Virus record (IMG/VR): IMGVR_UViG_3300032213_002454
Location: 2,348 to 66,347 of that record
Length of the DNA stretch: 64,000 bases
Source of the DNA: a virus
Direction: 5' to 3' (one strand)
The notes beneath the pieces were generated by a model, which was not told where the DNA came from, did not search any database, and saw only the letters and a list, made by a program, of their open reading frames with translations. This document shows positions 1 to 11,100 of this stretch, in pieces; position 1 is the first letter of the stretch, and each line of letters begins with the position of its first letter. Position numbers and translations under genes: made by a program.

Positions 1-579
1 ATATGGTAATACACTTGTAGTTTCAACATCATATACAGAACCATTTTGGTATAATATAATAGTATAAGGTGACCCTGTTGTTGATGCGCTTACTTGTAGT
101 GAACCATTATCTAACCCACAAGTAGTACCTGAAGCAAATATACGTGCCTCAAAACATTCAGTGACTGCGACATTTATATAGAGTTCATTATTTTGTAATC
201 CAAGGGTATCATTTAATCTAAATACATATACACCTTCGGTTAATCCTGTAAATGTTATTGGATTGTAACTTGTCTGAGCGGTGATGGTTCCGGGTATGAT
301 ATTATCTATTGTGTAAGGAGCAGCACCTCCAAATGGATTAAATTTAACACTACCTGTTGTTGCACTACATACTCCCGTTACTTGAAATGTGTAATCTAAA
401 GCCCCTTGTATACAGTTCTGTGTACAGGTTTGACCTGTCGCAATGACAATACCAAATGAAGTTCCTGATAGAGCACTATCAATACAAACACTTTGAGCAA
501 GTGATGCACCTGTTCTTGTAACTCCGCAACAATCTACGTAGTAAAAATATCCGTTAGTTAAACCTGAAACACACGCCAT
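1..579 (-). CDS. Virion adhesin/fibre-like protein with SprB-like repeats (partial, runs off left edge; not in ORF track)
   Basis: Hand translation from ATG at 579 (TAATG overlap with upstream stop), open for 193 codons: MACVSGLTNGYFYYVDCCG...CSATTGSVKFNPFGGAAPYT...TCGLDNGSLQVSASTTGSPYT. The C..GS.....GG..PYT pattern resembles SprB repeats. Confidence 0.7.
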   Translation of the reverse strand, partial: MACVSGLTNGYFYYVDCCGVTRTGASLAQSVCIDSALSGTSFGIVIATGQTCTQNCIQGALDYTFQVTGVCSATTGSVKFNPFGGAAPYTIDNIIPGTITAQTSYNPITFTGLTEGVYVFRLNDTLGLQNNELYINVAVTECFEARIFASGTTCGLDNGSLQVSASTTGSPYTIILYQNGSVYDVETTSVLPY

Positions 580-3515
580 TAATTACAATTTATACTAATG
601 TTTATACCTATATTTAATCTAAAAGAACTATTTGTAAAGTTATCGTAACAAGTAGAGTTACTAACTATCAGTTCATTACCCGCCAAGTAGTAGTTTAACC
701 CGTACTGATACAATACTTGTAACTCACTATTTATCGAATTGATTATTTGTGTTTGTGATGGGTAATCGTTCAAACCGTAACCTGTGTAAAAGTTGGACTG
801 TACTAGTATTTGATTATCTAATCTACAATCAATAAACCAATTAGTTACCAAACTATTTAAATCACACTGATTTTGAGTATACCCACTATTTTTTAATAAT
901 GCTGCTAAAGTTTGTTGTAGGATATCAGGACCATTACCCGATAATTGACAAGTCAATGTTTGGTCAATACAGTCATAACTGAATGGTTGTCCATTATATC
1001 GACATGGTATACATTCAACAGGTATAAAACTACACCCTCTTTGTCTTCTCCAAACAAATTTTTGTCTATGAAAAATTGTGTTTTCCATTTTTTGTCCTGT
1101 CAACCATAATGTAGTTCCGGGTACAACTTGTTCTAACAATCGTTGCCAATGGTCACCCAAACCTAAAGTAAAATCAATCATTTTTTGGTAAGTAAACTTG
1201 TTGGACGGTAATCCAACTGTTTCTTCAGATTGAAGGTAATTCCAAAATACAGATTGTAAGGTTGGGTATCCCCCAGTCTTACCATCGAATATCGTTTGTC
1301 TATTTCTAACGTTTATAAAATTATTATAAAAATCTTGAGCAAACTCAAAAAAAGTTTTTTCTTTTGGTTTTGGATTTATGAAGGTCCAATCAACATTTCC
1401 AGGATATGGATATGGTGATGTTAATCCACTATTTGGGATAGGGTAATTATATTTTACTGACATATCCCAAATGTCATAAGTTATTCCTTGACCAACATTT
1501 ACATACAATTCAATATTTTTAGAATTAATAACCAATTTATCATCATTAACTTTATAATTAACCCCATTAAAATTAGAGTTGTCTTTTCTAGTTCCTGTTT
1601 GGTCAACCGCCCATGATTTTTGATTATCGGCAATTCTTGTTAAAGTATAACCAACTCTCATGTCAGGGAATTTTCTAAAATTATTCATATACTCTTGTCC
1701 AAAAGAAAATGGTTTTAAAGTAGAAACTAAGAAAGGGTTGCTAGGGTCAAATGATGAGTTTGCGGTGTCTGCCACTTCTGGAGACCTATGTTGTGGAGAT
1801 TTTTCAAACCATCCCGCACCTTTTTGAAAAAAGTCAGTTTCTGTTGGTGTGGGATTTTTAGGGTATCCATCTGAGTCGATACCATAATCACCTAATGTTT
1901 TAGGAGTTAATTTAATTAATCCTGATGTTGTGTATCCTGTGTATGTTACTCCTTGTATACTAAAAGTGTTAGCGGCATCTAAAGTGGGTTCTTGAATGAA
2001 AGTTGTTCCACCAGAAATAGAAGCAAACTGTTCATCAAACTTTGTGGTGTTGATTTTTGTGTCTGCTAAATATATTACTTCATTAAATTCTAAAAGTGCG
2101 TCAGGAGCCCCAATAAATCTCATTATATATTCTAAAGATTTTCTAGTCCCCTTTGTTTTAAACATATACGCCGAATTTAAAATTACATTTCTGTAGTATT
2201 GATAGTTAAGTTCTGTTGGTGTTGGTGTTTCTGATTGACCAGCATATATTTGTTGGGGATTTGGATTGAAAACTGAATCGATAAAATTTTCTGTAGTAAT
2301 AGGTGAGATGTTGGGATTAATACCTAATGTTTGAGCTAAATTAGATAATAGTTGTGAAGGTATATCATTTCCAACTTGATAATTTACAGAGTTCATGTGA
2401 GCCAATGCGTCTATAAACTTTTTAACTTCATCAAATTCTCTACCGTAAATTTGTAATACTTTTTCAATTTTTTGGTCGGGGGTATCAAATTCTTTAATCG
2501 AGCCCGTTACTAAAAATCTACTTATCAGGTTAGTTTTATACTCATCTAAAATTGCGGATATTCTCTGTAAATCATTTAGATATTTGTCAAATATTTGTCC
2601 ATTTATTTCTAAATTCCAAAAACCTGAAAGTGGCCAAACTATTTTTTCAGTATAAATTGTTTTTTTACCATTAGACCCATAATCAGGATATACAAAAGTT
2701 GACATGTATTTTGGGGTAGTATTTCTATTCAATAAAAACTTTTCTACCTCATCTAACTCTTCGTCAAATATTTGTTGTGTTAATTCGTTCGATGGTTTTA
2801 ATATTAAAGGTCCTCCATAAAAAGTTTGACCACTAAATGGATTACCCTGTACAACAATATCAATTGTTTTTGCACTTAATGAAGATGCCGCGACAAAGTC
2901 TGTTAAAGGATATTCAACTTGTAGGTCTTCAAAATACAAAGAATATTTTTCATAATATTCGATAAGTGCTCGATATCGACTTATTGGGAATGGTTGTACT
3001 TCAATATTTCTTTTAGCGTTTACGGTATAGTCAATTTGAAATGGGTTTCTAAATAAGACACAGTCTAACGTCATACTTGTCTCGTCATTTTTTGCATCAT
3101 ATGAAATATTGAACGCAGTTGGTCCTGAATATAAATTCGAAACAGGTGTGTTATATATTTCTATACCCGCAGGAAAGTTGTTGAGTATTCTAATTGCGGA
3201 AGCTGACATTCTTTTTGCTAATGAACCATACAGCGAAAAACTTGTGATTTCAGACAAGTCAAAATTTGGATATACTTTGAAATTTTTCTCTACAATTTTT
3301 TTTGCCTGTTGTATATCATCGATTTTTAAATTTTCTAAGGTGTATGCGTCCGAGAAAATTCCAGTATCGAAAGTTCTATTAGCCTTTTCGTATATTGCTG
3401 TTGTAAATTGAAAATTACCTTGCGTAAGTCCTCCGCCGTCAACTATCTGAAAGCCGACTAAGTTATCTGAAAAGGTTTTAACACCACCAGGAGGAAAAAA
3501 AATCTTATTAGCCAT
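579..3515 (-). CDS. Baseplate wedge protein, gp7/P2 gpI-like
   Basis: 978 aa; contains YYRNVILNSAYMFKTKGTRKSLEYIMRFIG (KGT motif of gpI/gp7-type wedge proteins); lies in baseplate cluster. Confidence 0.6.
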   Translation of the reverse strand: MANKIFFPPGGVKTFSDNLVGFQIVDGGGLTQGNFQFTTAIYEKANRTFDTGIFSDAYTLENLKIDDIQQAKKIVEKNFKVYPNFDLSEITSFSLYGSLAKRMSASAIRILNNFPAGIEIYNTPVSNLYSGPTAFNISYDAKNDETSMTLDCVLFRNPFQIDYTVNAKRNIEVQPFPISRYRALIEYYEKYSLYFEDLQVEYPLTDFVAASSLSAKTIDIVVQGNPFSGQTFYGGPLILKPSNELTQQIFDEELDEVEKFLLNRNTTPKYMSTFVYPDYGSNGKKTIYTEKIVWPLSGFWNLEINGQIFDKYLNDLQRISAILDEYKTNLISRFLVTGSIKEFDTPDQKIEKVLQIYGREFDEVKKFIDALAHMNSVNYQVGNDIPSQLLSNLAQTLGINPNISPITTENFIDSVFNPNPQQIYAGQSETPTPTELNYQYYRNVILNSAYMFKTKGTRKSLEYIMRFIGAPDALLEFNEVIYLADTKINTTKFDEQFASISGGTTFIQEPTLDAANTFSIQGVTYTGYTTSGLIKLTPKTLGDYGIDSDGYPKNPTPTETDFFQKGAGWFEKSPQHRSPEVADTANSSFDPSNPFLVSTLKPFSFGQEYMNNFRKFPDMRVGYTLTRIADNQKSWAVDQTGTRKDNSNFNGVNYKVNDDKLVINSKNIELYVNVGQGITYDIWDMSVKYNYPIPNSGLTSPYPYPGNVDWTFINPKPKEKTFFEFAQDFYNNFINVRNRQTIFDGKTGGYPTLQSVFWNYLQSEETVGLPSNKFTYQKMIDFTLGLGDHWQRLLEQVVPGTTLWLTGQKMENTIFHRQKFVWRRQRGCSFIPVECIPCRYNGQPFSYDCIDQTLTCQLSGNGPDILQQTLAALLKNSGYTQNQCDLNSLVTNWFIDCRLDNQILVQSNFYTGYGLNDYPSQTQIINSINSELQVLYQYGLNYYLAGNELIVSNSTCYDNFTNSSFRLNIGINISINCN

Positions 3516-4423
3516 TAAGTTATAATGTTTGTAAAGTTTTTACTAAAGTCTATATTATTACCTCTATCTTGTCGTACTTCATAAAGAAGTTCATTAAAGT
3601 TGTCTCTAACCTCAAATAGATTGTATTGTTTATAAATGTTACCTGCACTATCATATAAAGTATAGATACCATCCTCAATACTTTTAGTTTGATTTCCATA
3701 AAGAGCAATTGCAATAGTATCCAAGTCGTAGTCAGCCATTTGAATGTCTATTGTGATTGGGTTAAAAAAAGTATTTGTTATAATTATACTTTGGTTTGGT
3801 TGACCAATAAAAGGTGTTGATGATGGTTTGTTTGTCGGTGAAGACGAGGGTGATAATGTACAAAATATTAAGTCAGCACCACCGTCAACATATCTATATC
3901 TTATATTTTTTTGAGATGAATTAACCTGTTCTGTAACTACGGGTTCACAGAAAAATGAAGAGGTAATTATTCTATAAAAATTAGGTATTTTAGTTCCGTC
4001 TTGATTTAAGTATTCAACTCTATACCCAACCAATCCTTGATTTGTAAATCTACTTCTAAATTGTGCGGGAACTTGATTTATATCTATTATAATTCCCTTA
4101 ACATTTGGTAAAGCAGATAAAACTCCACAGTCTGAAATTGTGGTTCTTATTTCCGCGGGTCTTATATAAACAGTATATATTCCTTTTTTATTAAATTCAG
4201 TTGCCGGTAACTTGAGGTTATATAACCCCCCTAATAGTTCAACGTTTGCATTACCACCAGTATCTGAATTGTGGAAGTAAGGTGTAAGAATACTTTGTGA
4301 GTTTAATTTTTTTAATAAAAAATTATCTGTCACGTCTCTCGATGCGGTGTAATGTAAAATAATATCAACATCGTCAGGAGATACATCAGCGGGTCTTACA
4401 ATTCCATATGTGCCAAGTGCCAT
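3515..4423 (-). CDS. Putative virion structural protein
   Basis: 302 aa, beta-rich, TAATG-coupled to downstream gene, TATTTAT motif upstream. Confidence 0.5.
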   Translation of the reverse strand: MALGTYGIVRPADVSPDDVDIILHYTASRDVTDNFLLKKLNSQSILTPYFHNSDTGGNANVELLGGLYNLKLPATEFNKKGIYTVYIRPAEIRTTISDCGVLSALPNVKGIIIDINQVPAQFRSRFTNQGLVGYRVEYLNQDGTKIPNFYRIITSSFFCEPVVTEQVNSSQKNIRYRYVDGGADLIFCTLSPSSSPTNKPSSTPFIGQPNQSIIITNTFFNPITIDIQMADYDLDTIAIALYGNQTKSIEDGIYTLYDSAGNIYKQYNLFEVRDNFNELLYEVRQDRGNNIDFSKNFTNIIT

Positions 4424-4455
4424 TTTTTTATTTTATAAATAGTTTATTTAGTTTT

Positions 4456-5598
4456 TTATGCTCTATTAATTTTGAAGAAACCGTAACCGTACCTCTCCAT
4501 ATCCCCAATGTTATCTACCTCCCCAAGTCTTTGAAGTTGTTCAAACGCCGTGTATTTCCCCCTTTCTATAAAAACATCTGACTGCACTTCAGGTGCCATT
4601 ACAAAATCCAAAAGGTATTCATTTTTTGTAATTGCTGACGCAACTATGTCGTTTGCAGTAATACCACTACTATTAACAACATAGAAAGTTTTTCCATTAG
4701 ATAAATCGTAATAGTCAATATTATTTATTGTGTACCCTGTGAAGTCAGGAGTGATTGTATTTATTTGACCAAAAACCTGATTGTTTTTTGAAAAAACATA
4801 TCCAACAGTATAAGGGTTTGGACCATATCTTTTAAGGTCTAACAATCTTGATGTGGTATACCCTGAGACAACAAAAGGTACCGTAGTCCAATTGCTTGAC
4901 TGTTGGTATTGTACACTTATGTCTGAATCTAAATCATAAATGTAATTATAGGATAATGGAGTATTGGCCCAACTACCTTGTTGTGGTGTAAAAACAATAT
5001 TCCCACTTGGATTTGGTACATTTGCCAATTGGTAAGGTATTGTAACAGGTTTTTGAATTACTGTAACTCCCCAAGGATTTGACCCCGAAAGAGTTATCGT
5101 AAAGTTTCCAGTATTAATGTAATTATGATTTATAGTCGTAGAAGTTAAACTATCAATTGGTGAACCATCTCCCCAATCTACACTGTATGTTGTAAAATCT
5201 AAATAACTTACTGTAAAGTCACCTGAAGTGTTATATAATGTAATTAAGTTAGTATTGTTAATGTTTGTTCCAGAAAACAAAAAGTTTGTAACAATATCTT
5301 TTTGATACATCAACCCATCAAACTCAGAATAAAACCCAATATCATTATAAGTTTGATTAAATAATATTGGTATTGTAAGACCTGTTAATAGTGAGGAACC
5401 ATTTGTACCACCACTTAAAATGTAAGATAGACCAGAGTATGTTATTACTGTTTGTGTATTTGCAGTATATGGTGTGCTTGGTGTAATACATTCGTTTTCG
5501 CCTAAAGCGTAAATTGTACTTGCCGTATATACGGTAGTTAACAAATCTGATGACAGATTTTCAGGGGAAACAACTATACTATATTTTTCAGCTTCCAT
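4456..5598 (-). CDS. PKD-domain virion protein
   Basis: YSVDWGDGS...INHNYINTGNFTITLSGSN matches the PKD/Ig-like signature; S/T-rich. Confidence 0.65.
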   Translation of the reverse strand: MEAEKYSIVVSPENLSSDLLTTVYTASTIYALGENECITPSTPYTANTQTVITYSGLSYILSGGTNGSSLLTGLTIPILFNQTYNDIGFYSEFDGLMYQKDIVTNFLFSGTNINNTNLITLYNTSGDFTVSYLDFTTYSVDWGDGSPIDSLTSTTINHNYINTGNFTITLSGSNPWGVTVIQKPVTIPYQLANVPNPSGNIVFTPQQGSWANTPLSYNYIYDLDSDISVQYQQSSNWTTVPFVVSGYTTSRLLDLKRYGPNPYTVGYVFSKNNQVFGQINTITPDFTGYTINNIDYYDLSNGKTFYVVNSSGITANDIVASAITKNEYLLDFVMAPEVQSDVFIERGKYTAFEQLQRLGEVDNIGDMERYGYGFFKINRA

Positions 5599-6440
5599 TA
5601 TGGATTAACATATTCATACCACATTATGGCTTCAGTAGCCAAAGGTCCTTCCCCTTTTCTTGTAAGTGCAGGACTTTCTTTATAAACTTTATATTCGTAA
5701 TTGTTATAATCAAAATCTACTTTATAATAAAAAAACAACTCTTTATCAAAATTGTACGCACCTCCACCAACAAAACTTGATTGAGGTTCATTCATCATTC
5801 TTACAAACTGACCTTTTTTTGCGTTAAAAAACTTACAGGTCATGTAAAAAGTAGTCTGATTTATATAACTAGTATTCTTTAACCAATAATAAAAGAAACC
5901 TTCTTTATCTGCACCCACATAGTCCAAAACGTATTTAGGTTTTTTAACTTGCACTGTTGTTGGGTTAAGTGCCGGTCCAATTGTTCCAGGTTCTTTTAAT
6001 CCTTGTTGAGTTGGTAATATTACGCTAAAAAGAATTTTTTGATTTTCGTTGATTTTTGTATCATAGAAATCCAATTTGAAAAATGAACCTTTAAAGGAAT
6101 TAGAAAAATAATATATTTCAGAATTTGTAAATGTCGCATACTCATAGTCGTCCAACCAATCAGTTGAGCTTGGTGGGTTTGTAATAAAATCTGTTGGTGA
6201 TTGTGGATTAAAAAAATTAAACTGGTAATAAATTTCTGTTTTATCGGGATTATTGTCCCAAGGTGCGTGAGCAAATCTTGTGATTTCAAAATCATCAACT
6301 CCATTAATTATATCTTGTATAATTTCATTTTCAAAACTTTCAACCCCTTGGTCTCTACCTTCCATGTCGAATTTGATTTCAATAGGAATATTGATTTCTT
6401 GGTCATTAACATTCAAAGTAAATCTATAATGGTTACTCAC
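5598..6440 (-). CDS. Hypothetical protein, probable baseplate/virion component
   Basis: 280 aa aromatic-rich ORF with overlapping start/stop coupling in structural operon. Confidence 0.5.
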   Translation of the reverse strand: MSNHYRFTLNVNDQEINIPIEIKFDMEGRDQGVESFENEIIQDIINGVDDFEITRFAHAPWDNNPDKTEIYYQFNFFNPQSPTDFITNPPSSTDWLDDYEYATFTNSEIYYFSNSFKGSFFKLDFYDTKINENQKILFSVILPTQQGLKEPGTIGPALNPTTVQVKKPKYVLDYVGADKEGFFYYWLKNTSYINQTTFYMTCKFFNAKKGQFVRMMNEPQSSFVGGGAYNFDKELFFYYKVDFDYNNYEYKVYKESPALTRKGEGPLATEAIMWYEYVNP

Positions 6441-8184
6441 AGTTATCGTTTGTTAAATTGTTTATCAAAGTAGTATTAACTTTTGTTGTTCTTTGAATTG
6501 GTTTTTGAAGTAATAATATATCTTGGAATGGGTAGTGAGCCCCATTTATAAATGGGTAGTCCAACCCTAATCCGTCACCATCAATATATCCATAAGTGTA
6601 TAGGTCTTTCCAAAAAAATGTATTCTCATATGTTGAAAACCAAGCGTAGTTTGGGATATTATCCACGTCTTCGGGATTACCAAACTCTAAATAATCACTA
6701 AACACTCTAATTTTTATAGAGTGGTGTGGTTCATATACATATCCACTTGGATAATTTGGAGTTGCCGTATCATAAAAGTATGAATTGTTAAATGAATATT
6801 TGTGATACATTTTAGAAATAACATATTCCTGTTGTTCGATATTGTTGTATTCGCAAAAGTCACCCTTTATTATATCACCATCTTTCAAAAAGTCATTAAA
6901 GTAAAAAAATTGTCCACTACCCGATGGAAATTCATAGTTACCCAAAGGTATGGAGTCTTTGTTGTTAGTAGAAGAATGGTCCCACCATGTATCAATAGAA
7001 TTTTCTAAAAAGTTGAACCCCCATCCGATATCGATTGCGGTTTGTTGGTTAAATTGGTTTATTGCTGGAGGATTAAACCAACCCATATAACCTCTTTGTA
7101 TCATTGTAAAAAACAATTCAGTTATTGGTTTTCCGTTATTATCTTTGAACCCTGATATTGTTATATCTTTATTGATTGTGTATGAAAAAGTTTTAGAACC
7201 TTCTTTCATCGACACTCTTTGAACTTTATTTGGTGTAAGTGCAGAATATTCTAATTTTGTTTTGGTGCTAAATGGATTGTTTTCAAAACCAGCTTGTGAT
7301 ATGTTACAATCAGATATATTAGTTATGATTTTGTGTAGTCTAACGTAGTACAATGACTTTGATTCTGAAACATTACTTATATTAACAATTCTTTTGAAAG
7401 TACCCATAGTACCTGTTGTGGTTTGCGCCGATGGAAACTTCAAATCATAAATTGCAAAAACATTATCTTCTGTTCCATAATTTCCATCACCCAAGAGATA
7501 AACTTGAAAAATTGTTTTACCCCCAAGTCCTGTTGGATTTGATGGAATATTTAATTCTACGTAATCACCAACACTCAGATTGTGAATTGTTCCACAATAA
7601 AAATATACCAAGTTTTTCCCATTAAAAGAATTTGTGTCAATAACAAATGGTATACCGTCACCCGCTATGAAATTGTTAGTTACATTGTATGTTTCATTTG
7701 TAGATGACATCAATTGTTGTGTATCACTACTGAAAGGGTAAGACACATAACAAGACCAGTTATATGTTGTTGAACTTTTTGGTACAAATGGTACATGACC
7801 TGTTATACCTGAAGTTCTCAAAACTATAAATTCATCAAACTGTGGGTAACCTTCCCAAGCAACATTAGGGTTTGGTGGTATATTTGAAGTCGCGTTTGCA
7901 ATTGCATTTGTATAGTATAGTGAATTTCTGTACGGAGTATAAGTCGTTTTACCACTTACGGAATTTTGAAATATATTTGTAATTTTACCTGAAATTCTAA
8001 AAACATCGCTACTTTGTCTTTCTTGGTTGAATTGTTCCTCTAAGTTGATAGTTCTTGTTCTGTCACCCTCAACCATAGTTCTTCTGTCTCCGATTAAAGG
8101 AGCTTGAATCCAAACGTCTTTGTCCGTGTTAGACGCAAACCTTTTAGAACCTAAAACAATTAATATTTCATCACTATTAGACAT
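6433..8184 (-). CDS. Hypothetical protein, probable baseplate/virion component
   Basis: 583 aa, 8-nt overlaps with both neighbours, structural operon context. Confidence 0.5.
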   Translation of the reverse strand: MSNSDEILIVLGSKRFASNTDKDVWIQAPLIGDRRTMVEGDRTRTINLEEQFNQERQSSDVFRISGKITNIFQNSVSGKTTYTPYRNSLYYTNAIANATSNIPPNPNVAWEGYPQFDEFIVLRTSGITGHVPFVPKSSTTYNWSCYVSYPFSSDTQQLMSSTNETYNVTNNFIAGDGIPFVIDTNSFNGKNLVYFYCGTIHNLSVGDYVELNIPSNPTGLGGKTIFQVYLLGDGNYGTEDNVFAIYDLKFPSAQTTTGTMGTFKRIVNISNVSESKSLYYVRLHKIITNISDCNISQAGFENNPFSTKTKLEYSALTPNKVQRVSMKEGSKTFSYTINKDITISGFKDNNGKPITELFFTMIQRGYMGWFNPPAINQFNQQTAIDIGWGFNFLENSIDTWWDHSSTNNKDSIPLGNYEFPSGSGQFFYFNDFLKDGDIIKGDFCEYNNIEQQEYVISKMYHKYSFNNSYFYDTATPNYPSGYVYEPHHSIKIRVFSDYLEFGNPEDVDNIPNYAWFSTYENTFFWKDLYTYGYIDGDGLGLDYPFINGAHYPFQDILLLQKPIQRTTKVNTTLINNLTNDNCE

Positions 8185-11100
8185 CTTGGTTCAAAATATA
8201 TTTTTTGATATAAGTGTTTATTGAAGTTTTGCCGACATTTAATCCAAAATAAAAATGGTAAGGGGCACCAACTAAGAATGATATGGACTGTCCTTGTGGG
8301 AACGATTCATCAGTCGCACCTGCGGGTGTTGAATTATAAATGTAACCTCTTTTACCTGTATTTAAATTATTAAAATATTGTGAAAATGGTGCCTGACTGA
8401 AACTTAGTGCTTGGTATTTTTGTTTATAAAAACCAGTTCCAATTAGATTGGTATTCCAATTATTAGTATCTGAACCAAAAATTGTAGGGACTTGTTGTTG
8501 GTTTAGTTGCCATTGATAAAATGGTACTTCTTGGGTCTTTGGAAACCCATAAAAATTAGTTAGTTGTGGTGTAAATGTTGTAATACCAGGACTAACAACT
8601 ATTCTATTTTCTGTTGATGATGTAAAAAATACACCTAAAGTTGCGGGACCTGATGTTGATATGTATACATCACCAGTTCCATCGTATTCATCTTCACTAA
8701 ACCCCGCAACTCCAAATTCAGAATTTATACTGAAAAGTTGTGTTATATCTCCGTCTAACCTGTCGCCAGTTCTTGAAAACATTTTATTTATCGATGCGTC
8801 TCCTAATCCTACTAACTGACTTAAAAAATTTGTATTTATTAATCTTGATATAATAAATAACTGAAGTAAGTCCGATGTGTCTTGATAAGAAGTAGATTTT
8901 ATTAAATCAATAATATAACCTTGAAATTGTGGGTTTGCACAAATTTGTTGGGTAAACTCGTCACGAGGTCCTAAGTCCATTATTGTAGTTGGGAACATAA
9001 TATTTCTATCATTAACCGCATCAAAATTAACAGGTTGTATTGTTGGATTTGTAAACGTTCCTTGTTGTGGTATTTGACCAACAAAATCGGTTCCGTTGTA
9101 AGGGGTTGCTCTGTAAAAAAATGAATTTGTTGAACCTGATGTGTAAAATATAGGTCCTTGTCCTGGTCTTGTGGTTGAGTCGTATGTACCACAAAACTTA
9201 TATTTTTTTGGTTGCCCTATTATAGAAAAGGTAGTTTGTTTTTTGAATGAGTACATGTACAACGAACCATTAACCCAATTGTTTTGAAATACATGAGAAA
9301 AAATTCCTCTACACGCCCCAAACATCATTCTAAATCTTGATTTCCATTCTGAAAAATTTTGTAAATCTTTTCCAATAGAAACTAAATAAGGTTTTTGTAT
9401 AAACTGATAACAACCTGATTTTACTCTAACAGGATTTTCATTATCAGGACAAGGCGTTTCAACGGTAAAACTATTTGTTACAGGGTCTACTTCATAACAT
9501 TTTAAAGGTACCATACCCGCACAATCAAATGTTGACAATACACTACTCGCTTGAGTTGGAGGTCCATCAGGACTTAAATCTTGAGCATTATTTGTGGTAT
9601 CGGTAGGTTGCATCGCAAAAGTAGAAAGAGGTCCTGATGTATTCAGTACGTAAATACCAAAATTATCGTTTTGATGTAATAAGTGTGATATTCCTCCAAA
9701 TACCTGTGTTTTATCAGAAGTTGGTAATCTATCTGACCTCATTACTAATTTAGGGTTTGGTCCTGAGATAGATACAAATAATGATGAGTCTGTTACGTGA
9801 TAAGCCGGTGAGTAATTTCTACCATTGTAACTACTTAATGAATTTACAGTTGTATTTGGTTGTGAATTTGCTTGTAAACTTTGAGCCATAAGAGAACCAC
9901 CTTCAACATTACCTTGATATGTTGTACCAAAAAATCTTAATTTTTGTGTACTGTTTCCATTATCATTTACAACACCCCCATTAGTATATTGCCCAATACC
10001 TAAACCACCCGCAGAAGTATAATTTATACCTCTTGATTTGTCCATAGACGAATAAAATCTTATCGCCGTTGACGTTACCGCGCTAAATAGTGAGTTATCA
10101 ACTTGAAAATTGTATGGTTGGTGATAAAGTTTAGACGTACTATATGGAACCATAATTGAATCGTGTGACTCTGGTGACTTCGCATTAGTAACAAAAGTTG
10201 TGTTATTTGAGTTAGGTTGAACCGGTACATTCAAGTTAAAATTACCGTTTACTTTTACTGAACCGTTAAATGATGGGTGACCAAAAAGTTTGGATAAATC
10301 GTATGTAATATTCTGTGGGTCACTATACATATCAACACCTCTTACTAAAAATATAATTTCTAAATTTTTCCAAGTTTCACCAATTAGTGTTAATGGGTTT
10401 ATTAGTTCTGTTCTATCAGTACCGTTAGACCCATTAGCGTCTTTGTAATAAATTAATTGACGTTTATTTAAAAAATATTTTCTTAATAAACTTGAAGTAT
10501 CTCCGTGGTTTGCAGGATTTGGGACTTGTGATATTTTAGTACCTAACGCCAATAAATCAGCCTGATAAGTAGTCATACCTGTAATAACTTGAAAGTACTC
10601 CATACCTGTTTTAAATTCGTATTGTTTTTCTGCAGATGTACCTGATAATGCTACCGAAACTGTTTGGATGTTTCCATTAGTTGGATTTGCAAAAGTTATA
10701 TTTGTTTGTGTTAGTGCAGTTGTACTTGTACCTGTAATTGAGTTGGACCCGAACTGATTTTGGTTTGTCAACCCTGAAATATTTATGTCTGTAATATTAG
10801 TTGGGTCATTAAACGTTACTATCGACCCTGATGATAATTGTGACGAAACTCCTTGGTCAACCAACAAAATTAACATATTATCAAAAATAGGTGCACTTCC
10901 GTTAATTGTTGTTTGAATTATGTTAGGAGCTGTTGAATCAAAATACCTCGCCTTTAAGTTAGCCAAATTCAAAGATTGTGAATAAGGAACATCTCTTTGA
11001 ATTATAAATTTATCACCCGAATAATTATTTACTATCGGCATTCCTATTTCTGGAGCGGTTGGATATCCAGCTATTCCGTATCTTATACCGTAACTATCCG

